From Octopus bimaculoides (taxonomy: Eukaryota): a DNA stretch of 64,000 nucleotides. The notes below the pieces were generated by a model. It had not been told where the DNA came from and ran no database searches. It saw only the letters and a list, made by a program, of their open reading frames with translations. Location of the stretch: NCBI RefSeq assembly GCF_001194135.2, contig NC_068989.1, positions 3,397,890-3,461,889 on the forward strand, in the 5' to 3' direction. The position numbers and the translations under genes are program-made. Each line of letters opens with the position of its first letter. Position 1 is the first letter of the stretch. Shown here piece by piece: positions 51,844 to 64,000 of this stretch.

Positions 51844-52112
51844 AGGAAATATGTACAGCAATAAATAAGCAATGCCTAAAGATGCTTCATGCCAATTTGA
51901 TTGGTAAAGATTTTTCTTCTATGGCATTTAAAGAAATACATACGCCCCCACCTACACACGGACAGACAGACAGACAGACAGACAGAAAGTGGGTGGCGGT
52001 GTTGATAGTTGTGAAGTTTATAACTTCTTGAAAGGAACTGCGAGGAAGGATGATGAAATTAAAAGGTATACAAGAGAAATGCTGTCTGTTTTAGAAGAAA
52101 ATATATACGTGT

Positions 52113-52156
<44 letters not shown>

Positions 52157-52225
52157 CAGACTGCAAATGTAAGTGGTAGCTTCTTTTATCTGATGGTATG
52201 GAATTTATTATGAGTATTTATACGA

Positions 52226-52239
52226 GTAACCTTAGCAAC
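52226..52239. promoter_or_regulatory. RFX X-box-like site
   Basis: GTAACC-TT-AGCAAC fits GTNRCC-N(0-3)-RGYAAC. Confidence 0.4.
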
Positions 52240-52941
52240 GACTGCAACAGTTCTAATTACAACAACAACAAGACAAAGTTAAAAATGAAGTACAATAAAA
52301 TTTACAAGAGTTAACAATTATTATCATCATCATTATTATTATTATTAATGATAAATGCTAAAAAATGGTGGTGATAAAAAGGAAGAGGAGGCTGAAGAGG
52401 GTTATTCTTCACTCTGTCAGTCACGAAATAACGTCATCAAAGAATTACTTTGACGTCTACGATGATGACATTTGTTTTATAATACAATAATAATAATAAT
52501 AATCTTTAACAACAGCTTTACTTGATTTATGTAGAAGGTAAATATCCAGAGAAATGAACAGGGTGTGGAAAACTGAAGAAGCCAGTGAAGAAATACCAAG
52601 GAATTACTGGTATTATTACAAAGACGAAGCTGCAGGAAGAGTCTAGAAAGAGAAAACTGAAAAGAAGAGTTCTACTATAAAGGAATTCGTTTTATTTGGT
52701 TTCTTTATGACTCAAGACCCACAGAGAAACGGTGGTGTAGTAAACCTATCCAACCCAAGGCAAAACAAGGGAGAAGTACACAGAAATAATGGCAATAATG
52801 AGTGTGATGATAACTATGATACGGATGGCTTATTGGGAATCAATACAAAAAAAATTAAAAAGCAGTGAAACTTAAAAACATCTGATTTAGAGGTTGGCAG
52901 TTACTGCATTGAAGTTACTAAAATTATATATATATATATAA

Positions 52942-52980
<39 letters not shown>

Positions 52981-54825
52981 GGCACAAAGGGAACTTAGAG
53001 TAGCATAGTAACAGAGAGAAGATTTAGCCAGCAGCAGATATCTGAGTAAACTCTATCTCACGAGTTGAGCACTTTTTCCCTGCTTTGTCAATATAAACAT
53101 TTACAACTTTTAACTAAATTTAAGTACAGACGGATGCATATGGCAAAACATTATATATCTAACTATGCAACTATATACATGTGTATATACATTTGTTTCC
53201 AAGCATTTTTAGTTTATGTTAACAAATGAGATTAATTTCGGGGGAAACTCAGAAAAACCGCTGTCTTAATCGGTATAGCTGTACAGACTATATGTAGGCA
53301 TATTTATGTGAATCTATATTTAATTTCATATTTGTACTCCCTTTACTCCTCGTAATTTTTATCCTCTCTTTCCTTCAAACTTTGTATCGTTTTATTAATT
53401 TTTTCCAACGTGTACCACAATTTATTAAATTTGTTTTAAAGAATTTAATTTAGTATTTAGAATCTCACTTACCATATGTTCAACCACACACACACACACA
53501 TATATGTATGTATAGATACACATGCACACTACACAAAACGGATTATAATGGACAGAGAAATATGAGAAAATGAATTTTTCAGTTATTTGACATGTTGCTA
53601 GCTTTCCTCTTTTTTTTTTCCAGTAAAGTGGCGGGAAGTGTTGGAATTCTAGTTTAAATAGACAAAAATANNNNNNNNNNCAAAAAAAAAAAAAAAAAAA
53701 AAAAAGAGAAGCCACAACAATTACTAAGGCAATTGAAATAGGAAATAAATGAATATGTATATAGAGAAACAAGTATAATCACAAGAGGTGGGTGGGTGTG
53801 TATGAAAGATGAAATAAGAAAAGAAAGAAAGAGAGAAGAAATCAATGTAAGAGAGAAGACAAAAGTAAACTAGTTCTTTCTTTAGTGAAACTTTGAGATT
53901 ATTACAAAATTCAGTGGTGACTAAAATGCCACCAGAATTCTATTTAATTATTTATACATAATCATACACAGAAACATGTGTTGAAGCATGACATTATACA
54001 CACACATATATATATATATTAATATATATATATGAAGTCAAGTATAGAGTATTATACACATGCATAAACTTGGGTTTTCTTCCGCCCCTTTTTTACATGC
54101 AATAATGTGATATCTTTAAGAAAGGAATGAAATTAGAACCATAACAACAACAACAACAAAATTATCAAGAACAACAGTGTTAGTAATAACGGTTAATATC
54201 TCCAATATTAATACTACTAATACAACTAATATAACTACCACTGGTGGTGCTTGCAGAAGGAACTATAATAAAAGTTAACAACAAAGTGTCTCTTTGTGTA
54301 TATGGATGTGTGTGTGTGAGTGCGTGTGTGTGTGCGTGCGTGTGAGGGTGTGTGAAAAAAAAAAGAAGTTTAGTCACTCAAACTTTTCTTTCATCCTGTT
54401 CCAAGATTCGGTAACTTTTCAGTAAAAGAACTGATCCAAAAATGCACGAAGATTTTAGATGGAACTTTCTACAGAGACAAAGAACTGCAGTAACCACCAC
54501 AAAAATAGTAGTAACAGTCTTTAGTTTTCATGATACAGAACAGAGCGAGAGAGAGCGAGAGCAAGCGAGAGAGAGGGTACATCCAACAGGGTCTATGGGA
54601 ATGGTAGGATGGTGCCTGGTGCTAACAACACTTGCTACTGTTTTTGACACATGAGTTCTGCTTAAATAACTAACTCTTCAGTTTGGAGAAACAAACAAAA
54701 GCAGCAACTAAACTACACACGCCTTGAAACAGGCTTCAATTAATGAATATAACATGCATACACACATGAAATATATATATATATATATATATATATCACA
54801 CAAACCACACACACGTGTATGTATG

Positions 54826-54892
<67 letters not shown>

Positions 54893-56017
54893 ATATTTGG
54901 GGGCGTGTGTGTGTAATTCATATATACATGTGTGGTTATATATGTATGTGTGAGTGTGTATACATATACATACACATTCAAGCATATAAATCAGGTTTTA
55001 ATATGTGGAATATTATAACTTTATGCTTCTATCGTGATAAAGGACCATGCTGGAGCACTCTCTTCATACACACATGTATATGAATGTATAGATACTCACA
55101 TATACAGATGTATACATATCAGTACATATATATATATATATATATATATATCACATATAAACCTGTGTTAAATTAGGGTTAAAGAAATATCATTTTATAT
55201 ATGCACTCGTCAACACCTCTCCAACCGGCATCATCAATCATCATAACTGGTATAAGCATCTGAAGGAACGTTCTCTCAGTCACTCAACCGGTTACGAAGT
55301 TGCCAAACATTCCTAAGAAATCTTGCTATTGTCTGAAAATTAAAAAGAATAAAAAGGAAGAACACATTGGATAATGTAGCCCAAGATACATTTTGTCCAA
55401 AGGAAAGACGGAACAGTCAGGGCTGACCTGGAACTAAACAACAATCTTCATGAGAACCATAACACGTACCACAGCCACTGGCACCACAACGATGACAACT
55501 GCTTCTACTAATATTAGTACTAGAACTAACAGCATTACCATTATGACAACCACCTATACTACTACTACTACTACTACTACTACTGCTATACGTTGTGTGT
55601 ATTTGTGTGATTCTAGCTTGGTCACTAAGCCTAACTTAGATCCCAGTAGTACCACTACTGCTGCAGTCGTTGCTACTACAGCTACTAATACACTCAATAC
55701 CCAGACCATCACCACAACCAACACTACCAGCCCTCACTAATACGACGACTAGTATCTCCTGTTATTGCTGCTATTAGCTTGGTATCTTTAGTTGTGTGGT
55801 TCTTGTTCAATCACCGAATCTTCCATCTTGAGCAGTCCCCAAAATCCCAAAGTCCCAAAGATTCAAAAAAAAAAAAGGGGATTTTCAGAAACAGAAAACT
55901 TGCAGTATTGTGCTTTGCAGATAAGTGATGCCTAATTTTAAACAAATGGACTTTAACATACATAGGCAGACACACATACACACACATGCACACACACGCA
56001 CACATACCTTATGTAAG

Positions 56018-56077
<60 letters not shown>

Positions 56078-56835
56078 TATACACACACACACACACACAC
56101 ATACATACACACATATGCATATATGTATGTGAACTATGCAGTACATATATAAACAGAGCTAATTTAGCTGTGTGTGTGTGTGTGTGTGTAAATGTATGTA
56201 TGACAACAGTTATAAATTCTACATATAGCTACTACTAGAGTACAGTTCATAGTAGACAATGGCATGGACTGTCTATTAATAACTTCTGCTTACTTTAACA
56301 CTGCATACATTATTGTTGTAATTGTTGTCGTCGAGACTGTTTCTGCTATTGTTGTTACTCATGCTTTTGTGGTAGGCCTTGTCAATGATAACTTTTTTGT
56401 GTGTGTGTGTGGGAGGGACTATTTCACCATGTCAACTATGACACTTAAAAATCTCTCACCCATTTCATCTTTTCCCATTTTAAAATCTGACAATGAAATT
56501 TTATGTGTAGATGTATTAATCAGGAAGGAACCACAAGACTTTGCTATTGACAAAAACATAGACAATTAGATAGACAGAGTGTGTGTGTGTGTGTGTGTGC
56601 TAAAACGAGATGTTTTGCCTTCTGTCAAAAACGAGAAGCTCTCACCCTCATTGATTACAAATGGTGTATAATGCGTCTCATAGATAAGCACATTTAAACA
56701 ATATTGTAAAGTGTGGCCTTATTTATGAAACCTATCATCAGTCTGGTTAATTATCTACAAATATGAGTGTGTGTGTGTGTGGCATTTTCTTCAGGTTCAT
56801 TCTGAACAATATTTGAATGAAGTATGGGTCTAGTG

Positions 56836-56999
56836 CACTAGTGTAGCTAGTAGCTAGAGTGTGTGCTGCACAGGGCAGCCCTTCCGTTTTGCAGCCCACT
56901 GAACCCCACATATTGCCTGCAGCAATAGCCTACAACAGGACGAAAAGTGTCACCTGGGGTGGACTGCTCCTACTCCCCCCCTCCCCAGCTACACTAGTG
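56836..56999. mobile_element. Small MITE
   Basis: 13-bp TIRs cactagtgtagct (56836-56848) / agctacactagtg (56987-56999) around a GC-richer core. Confidence 0.55.
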
Positions 57000-57740
57000 G
57001 TCAGCTGATGAGAATGGAATCACAAGATCAGATGGTATTCCTCCATGATGCCCGATGTGGTAAGAAGGTAAGAAGGGGTTGAAGACTAGAACGGACATAT
57101 GGAAAGAGGGATTACACGAACAATTGGTAAATATTCTTTCTGGTATGATCCTGCCTTTAGCAAACGGTTAAGAGCAACGAGAATAACATCAACAGAAATG
57201 AGCCAATGAGGGATCCTAGCCTCTAACTCAGTGCCGAATGTGACTCTGGAGTCCAAGTCGGTGGTGAAAGAGCCGTGGGCAGAATTTGCACAGGATGGTC
57301 GGTGTGGGTCGAGGATGTTGAAGATGCTCATTTCTTCTCCCGCATTTTACCTCCTCATTCTGTTGTCTGATCTGCTCAAAGGAGCTGGTTCCATTGCGCA
57401 TAGCAGTCCTCCAAGCTGTTCTATCCATGGCAATCTGTTCTCATGAGGATGGCTGGATGTTAGTTTGAGCCAGAGTCCGTTTGAATGGAATTTCGAGCCT
57501 CCTCTTGGTCTTGTTCCGATTGCAAGTTCTTCATAGAGCATGAACCTTGGGAGATGAGAGGGCTGCACACACTGGACGTGACCTGCCAAGTGGAGACAAT
57601 GGCGAAGAATGGTGGCTTCAACGCTTGGTAGTGAGGTGTGGCAAAGAATCTCATTGTTGGTAATGTGATCTTCCCTTTGAATATTGAGGATCTTTCGTGG
57701 CTTGGATTGCTGGAAGCATTCAAGGCACTTGATGTCACAG
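57000..57740 (-). mobile_element. RTE (BovB-like) LINE 3' fragment
   Basis: HITNNEIL...SVEATILRHCLHLAGHV...LPRFMLYEEL..GTRPRGG, DRTAWR and a terminal CKFC..LF....GLQSHIRH* zinc finger; frameshifted. Confidence 0.85.
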
Positions 57741-58463
57741 TGTGTGTATGTAAATATATGCATGTATGTGTAATTGTATTAACACTGTCACTAATCTGCA
57801 TATTGTCAGGTCAGTACTAATTCCATCACCAGCTGATGCAAACCTGCTCCTTGTAGCTGTGTAATCCAGTACCACCTGCCCATGCTTTAAGCAACCAGTG
57901 ACCTAACTGGACCTCCTATAAGGCTTGCCAAGTGAGGAGGGTGTATGAGAGCCCAGTATGATCACAAAAAGAAAACCTGGGTGAGGTGATGGCCACTGTC
58001 AGGATTGCCAAACCCAATGAGGCATCTGAATGGAAGAACCAATATTTAATTCTGTATTGAAATGGTCAGGACCTGAGTCATAAATAAAACCCAAAACAAG
58101 GAAGGAGCATAAAAGATTGGTAAATAGAAAATCTGATTTGAGGTGGGTGTCAGAGTGTATGTAGCTGAACATATCCCTTTTTTTCGTTTTCTACCTCAAG
58201 TCATACTTGTAGCCAGTAATATATAAATATGATATATATATAAAATATCAAATATTATTTTACGATATTTTATATAATATATTCATTGAAGAAATATCTC
58301 TTCAAAATATAATATTATAAACCAGTGTATCTTGGATAGATATCCCTATAAGAGGCTTAAATATCCCTATTGTGACTATCTCTCTCTTTCTCTCTCTCTA
58401 TCTCTCTCTCTCTCTCTCTCTTGATATATGTATATATACACATACATATGTGTATATAAATAC

Positions 58464-58503
<40 letters not shown>

Positions 58504-58904
58504 TTGCTTAAAAGAGTTCCAACACTGTCTGTTTTTTATGTTTTATTTATATTCCTGCCGAACTAATGTGGGGTATAGAATATGGAATATACAATATATA
58601 ATATAAAATAAAATAAAATAAAAATGGATGGCACCATGAAANNNNNNNNNNAGTTCCAACACTGTCTGTTTTTTATGTTTTATTTATATTCCTGCCGAAC
58701 TAATGTGGGGTATAGAATATGGAATATACAATATATAATATAAAATAAAATAAAATAAAAATGGATGGCACCATGAAATAAAGTATTGAATGTAGATGAA
58801 ATATTGAGTGTTCAATATAAAGGATCAAATATATAAATATATAAATATAAATATATATATATAAAGGCGACTCGAGTTTCAGGGCTATTTCCCTTCATCA
58901 TGGC

Positions 58905-59120
58905 CGGTAGGCAGGCAAGCTGCCAGAATTGTGACAGTGCCAGGCAAAATGCTTAGTGGCATTTCATCTATCTTTATGTTCTGAGTTCCGATTCCACTGA
59001 GGTCAACTTTGCTTTTCATCCTCTCAGGGTGGATAAAATAAGTACCAGTTGAGCACTGGGGTTGATGTAATCAACATACCCCCTCTCTCAAAATTGCTGG
59101 CCTTGTGCCAAAATTTGAAA
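58905..59120 (+). mobile_element. Family C SINE
   Basis: gttctgagttccgattccactgaggtcaactttgcttttcatcc...aataagtaccagttgagcactgggg...ttgtgccaaaatttgaaa. Confidence 0.8.
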
Positions 59121-60170
59121 GCTGTGTTTGTGCGCGCACACGCACACACACACACACACACACGCACACACACACACACACAATGGCTGTTTTTGTTAGT
59201 TTAGCATAGGTTTCTGTATTTATTATTTTGATAATAAACACATGGAACAGTTTGGAAAGCGTCTCAGCTTATTTTGTTTATACATTCACAAATACACATG
59301 GCTTGAGAAGCAGTCATGGAAACAAAGGATAAACAACAACAAATAAAACACATTAGAAACATAAAAGATGAAAATGGCTATAAAAACAAAAGGAAATAAT
59401 ACAGAGTTATAACAATAATATATAACAGATGAAATGTTTTTTTTTTGTTCTATATACACACCCATATGTAGATATATATGTACAAAGATGAACAGGCATA
59501 ACCAGTCGAATCTGCCTGATAGGAGCATCTACGTGGCAGCTTGACTTGATAGAAATAAAGTGAAAATACCCTTCAAATTACTCCCTACTATTTCAAAACA
59601 GGAAACGGAGATTGGACTGCTCGGCATCTTGAGAAAGCGTCTACTACAATAGCCCTGGGCCAACCAAAGTCTTGAGTGGATTTGATTGACAGTAACTGAA
59701 AGGAGCCAATCACACACATATGCATACAATACCAGCACCATGCGCACTCACATCAACCGCATTCAAATGGTGCTTTTTACGTGCCACTGGCATGGGGCCC
59801 CTGACTGCCTCCCGTACTGGTGGCACATAAAAGCACCATCCGAACGTGGTTGATGCCAGTGCCCCCTGACTGGCTCCCGTGCCGGTGGCAGGTAAAATGC
59901 AGAAATACAGCAACAAAAGGGTTAACTAGTTGCCTGCCTCTGAACTTCATCCATTTCTCATATCTTCCACTAGAAGTTTCCTTTACGATTGCAGCCTGGG
60001 GCTTATCTTTGATGCACACTATTGATTCTGGTGTGTCATGAGATTTGGTTATGTCATCTAAACCAGGGCTTCTCAAACTATCTGATGTGGAGTACTGGTA
60101 GTTTTTGTTTCCAGTGTGCCAGGGGCCGGTAATATTTCTTAGTAATATTAATTTATACTGGAAACAATAT

Positions 60171-60526
60171 GTTGTTGGCACTCCGTTGCTTACGACGTCA
60201 AGGGTTCCAGTTGATCCGATCAACGAAACAGCCTGCTCATGAAATTAACGTGCAAGTGGCTGAGCACTCCACAGACACGTGTACCCTTAACGTAGTTCTC
60301 GGGGATATACAGAGTGACACAGTGTGACAAAGCTGGCCCTTTGAAATACAGGTACAACAGAAACAGGAAGAAAGAGTGAGAGAAAGTTGTGGTGGAAGAG
60401 TACAGCAGAGTTCGCTTTAGGTGTTTTTGCTCAATAAACACTCACAACACCCGGTCTGGGAATTGAAACTGCGATCCTATGACCGCGAGTCCGCTGCCCT
60501 AACCACTGGGCCATTGCGCCTCCATG
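60171..60526 (-). mobile_element. Family E tRNA-derived SINE with 14-bp TSD, inserted in a hAT-like MITE remnant
   Basis: Head ggaggcgcaatggcccagtggttagggcagcgg...gtttcaattccc; TSD actggaaacaatat at 60157-60170 and 60527-60540; hAT-like end cagggcttctcaaact at about 60064. Confidence 0.85.
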
Positions 60527-60708
60527 ACTGGAAACAATATATATAAGGAATATAATAAAAGTTGACATTTTTTTTTTATCCTATAGTTATTTTGTAAACA
60601 AATAATACAATATTACATAAGCATTTTATAATGCTTCTTTCTTTTCTGGAAACTTGCCGCATATCAGCATAGCACTGATCTAAGCCCCTCTCTGGCAAAT
60701 TAACAACC

Positions 60709-60945
60709 ATATGGTGTAGTGGTTAAGAGCGTGGGCTACTGACCCCAAGATTCCGAGTTCGATTCTAGGCAGTGACCTGAATAATAATAATAATTATAAC
60801 AACATCGAAAAACACCTTAAGAATGAGAATCCAGGTTCAAAATTTCCCCAAGACACCTGATGAAGTTTGGAGGGTATATCAGCTGAAACGTGTTAACAAC
60901 AAACAAGATGAGGACAAATATCTGTCAATTGTAAATAATGTAAAT
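60709..60945 (+). mobile_element. Family D SINE, complete head, 12-bp TSD, degenerate hammerhead
   Basis: A box TGGTGTAGTGG, B box GAGTTCGATTC; TSD aaattaa(c/t)aacc at 60697-60708 and 60946-60957; hammerhead 60852-60894 has a broken stem II and a 2-nt deletion. Confidence 0.85.
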
Positions 60946-61379
60946 AAATTAATAACCTGCATGCATGCTGTCACATCTAATAGTGCTTGCTCATATGCAA
61001 ATAATATACCAAGGCTGATCTGGGACTAAACAACAATTTAATAATTGAGACATCAGTTCGGAAGCAGGGACAAGAAAAGCTTGTAATTAAAATCTGTTAA
61101 AACAGCCTCCAAACAGAAAAAATAAAAATAAAAGAAAGAAAAAAATATATAAAGTAGAAAAATAGTGAAATCAGTCAGATAAATAGATTTGTCTTGATAG
61201 GCAATTGAACATATTGTACAAGAAAATATTGATCAATGTGCAGTTTTGTGTGTTTGAAATAAAATAGTTACTGTAGTTTTTTTAATGCTCTTGGGAAATG
61301 GTTTCTGGTCAATATGTGAAGGTGTAAAGACAAATAAATGGTATGGCGGTATAAGTGATTTGATTGATTAAGTGAGAAG

Positions 61380-61980
61380 GTGAGAGAGTGTGTGAGAGTG
61401 AAAGAAAGAATTGAGAGAGAGATACAGGACAGAATGAAGGAATTTCAAAGTGGGGGGGGGGGAGAAGCAAGACAGAAAAAAAGACAATGGGAGGAGATAT
61501 GAATGAGGAAAACAGATGGATGATTGTGTAAGAAGAAAATGAAAGAGAAAGAAAAGAAGGAGAGTATTGAATGCATTTGTGTGTGGAGTAGATAGAAGGG
61601 GAAACAAAGGAATAGAGAAAGGTCTAAGAAGAAAGAGGGAGAGGATATAAGGGGGAGAAAAACCCCAGAAAAATAGGGAGCAAATAAAAAGAAAGAGAAA
61701 GAGAGTTTGAGAAAATAGTAAGAGAAAGGAGGAGGAAAGGAAAACAAAGAGAGGGGAGGAGGAGAAGAAAGAAATAATTCATTTAAGAAAAGAAAGAGAT
61801 AAGTATTTCAGATAGTAGGAATGAAAGGAAAGAAAAAAGTAGGAGAGGGGACAGAAAGGGGAACCAAAGGGAAGGCATTTGGTGAAGAGAAAAAAAAAAA
61901 AGGATGAGAGAGAGAGAGAGAGTGAGAAAGAGGATGAAGGAGAAAGAGAGAAAGAAAAGTAGTGTAGAATGAAAATATGC
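61380..61980. repeat. Long purine-rich (GA-rich) low-complexity tract
   Basis: Direct reading. Confidence 0.8.
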
Positions 61981-62305
61981 AAGTCAAAGAAACCAATTTA
62001 CTTGCGACATTATTGAATAATTCCAATAGGAATATGAGGGGAAAATACCTTGCAATAGCCATGTCCCTTAAATTGCACCAAGATTGGCTTTATCATTTAG
62101 TATTCCGGTGAAGAATGGCACAAGGGACATCCAAAAATTAAATGGTACAAGAAGATCGACAGGGGCCATCAGTTGATAAAACTAGGATGGAAAGATGGTG
62201 CGAGGGTGGCTGGTGACTGATTGTGCTGAAATACTTTGACGTCCTCAAGCATCAGCTGATGCAAGAGAACCTAAGTTTATGTACCATGTTGATTTAATAG
62301 AATAT

Positions 62306-62514
62306 CCGAGGGGGTGCTGAAAAGTTCCTGGCTTTACAGGCATCACGAAAGGCCTGGTGGAAGCCCAACCTCTCAAGTTCTTTTACAGGGCTTAGAAAAA
62401 CTGAAGGACCACTGCAATAAGTGTGGAGTATGAGAAGGGAATATGTTGAATAAAACCATAATTAACTGGTCCTCATGGATTTTCTTTGACCCAAAGCCAG
62501 GAACCTTTCAGCAT
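62306..62514. mobile_element. Tc1/mariner-like MITE (same family as 28653-28869)
   Basis: gagggggtgctgaaaagttcctggctt ... aagccaggaacctttcagca. Confidence 0.8.
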
Positions 62515-63852
62515 TGTATTTCACCCCACAAAAATGTGACTATGTTTATGTAGAAAGTATTATCCATGACAGAGAATAAAAATTATCACAAATTCAAAGA
62601 CACATTGAATTAACTAAACTAAACCTGAACTTAAAATAAAACCTTTTGGAAGATGGTCACATGGATTGTCAAATGATAAAGCATTATATACTTCCTCTTT
62701 TTTTTTTTTTTTGGTTTTCCCGATAATTCCAAGTGATGTTTGGAGCTATGAATATTCACAGGTAAAATTATTAAAGGAAGTGTGTTTTTCCAGTTTGATA
62801 AATGTGTTTTTCATAGTTACAGAATTAAAATTATCAAACAACATGAAGGATGAGTTTCTGCAAAGCCTATCGACATGATAGAAATGGCCAAATCTCCCTC
62901 AAATTCCTCAACATACCACCTTAAAAGGTGAAAGACACTATGAATCATATAGTCCAAGATAGACTATGTCTAAAATAGAAAGAAAAAGACAGAATGGTCA
63001 CTGTTGGAATGTCTTAGATTATATAGAGGATTGCTTACATAAAGATGATAAGAAATAAAAAAACAAAAGATAACAACAATTAGGATTGTTCTCTGCACCC
63101 ATTGATACATGTTTTAGCCAGGAAAAACGAAAGGAAGTTCAATATTCTTCAATCTTTACAAAATCAATTAACTTAACCAGTGAACATTAGAGATAAAAAA
63201 TTTAGCTCGAAATACATTTTTGTAAAATTGTGAGATACACAAAAGAGAATACTCTTCACCGAATTTGGTGAAGTTCAGTGATCACACACACACACACCCA
63301 CAGAAGTGTATTACCTGTCAAAAATGATGTAATTTATTTCTGCCTCCTTTCAGTAATTTTTAATGCTTTTGTTTTGAGCGTTGCTCCATTTTCTTCTTAT
63401 GTTTCATTTTATCTTCTTTTAGTCATTCTTTTTAACTTCACTCATTCTCCTTATTTTCAAACTTATATGATTATTTCTTTTCCATCTAAATATATATGTA
63501 TTTTCTAAATTTTTTTTTCACTCAATCAAAATCTGCCTTAACCCCTTTTCTTCACTTCCCAATGTCTCCCCAACCCTTCCATACCATACAAGAATTTCTT
63601 TTTCTATCTCTATTGTTCTTTCTACATCCTAGATATTTTATCCCATTACTTCTCTAATTCCCCATCAGTACTGTAGAACTTCATCTTTCTTCACTTCTTT
63701 CTACCTCTGTCACTCTTTCTTCTACTCCTCCCTCTATTTCCATGTCTGCTAGTCTGAATATTGGATGACTGCTGACAAATTTTCTATTACTTTTCATCCC
63801 ACTCTATTAATCTCTCTTTTATATTAAATCTTTATTCATATTACTTTTTATT

Positions 63853-63897
<45 letters not shown>

Positions 63898-64000
63898 CGT
63901 CATTCAGTTACTGCTTTCTCCTATCAGCATGTAAAGGAGAGACAAATGGACCCAACAAGAAAATGGATATATCACTTTGCATTATATGTATAAAGATACC

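Noticed and set aside
54724-55740. YI/HT-repeat and Thr-rich ORFs
   Set aside because: (TA)n, (CA)n and (ACT)n microsatellites.
58515-58778. 127-bp direct duplication
   Set aside because: Exact copies on either side of a 10-N gap; assembly artefact.
59777-60223. 148-aa minus-strand ORF
   Set aside because: Runs across a family E SINE tail, a hAT-like end and family A units; chimeric by chance.
60440-60526. tRNA-like sequences (also 15065-15136, 45325-45395, 51585-51667, 60709-60775)
   Set aside because: They have A and B boxes but broken cloverleaves and continue into repeat bodies, so they are SINE heads, not tRNA genes.

Overview
Eukaryotic, AT-rich, microsatellite- and transposon-dominated DNA with ten N-gaps. 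The repeat families suggest a coleoid cephalopod, probably Octopus (inference; no database search was run). No complete protein-coding gene, true tRNA, rRNA or CRISPR array is supported, and nearly all listed ORFs are microsatellite or SINE read-through. The window contains several tRNA-derived SINE families (labelled A-F here for convenience), relics of RTE, R4/Dong, Tx1/L1 and Penelope-like retroelements, a mariner fragment, several MITEs and a 364-bp fold-back. One plausible first coding exon of a minus-strand host gene lies at 47248-47391, next to a SINE-poor, regulatory-looking zone with RFX X-boxes. The most notable signal is a set of minimal type I hammerhead-ribozyme motifs of the Penelope-associated kind in at least three unrelated sequence contexts: an essentially canonical one at 41322-41364 (+), a core-variant one at 1810-1846 (-), and one built into a Pol III tRNA-headed SINE (family D; intact motif at 15260-15305). 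Two family D insertions have 12-bp target-site duplications and two have a tail-out inverted architecture. Together with a Penelope GIY-YIG C-terminal relic at 16903-17097, this suggests a candidate Penelope-mobilised, ribozyme-bearing SINE system. Cleavage activity and novelty are untested.
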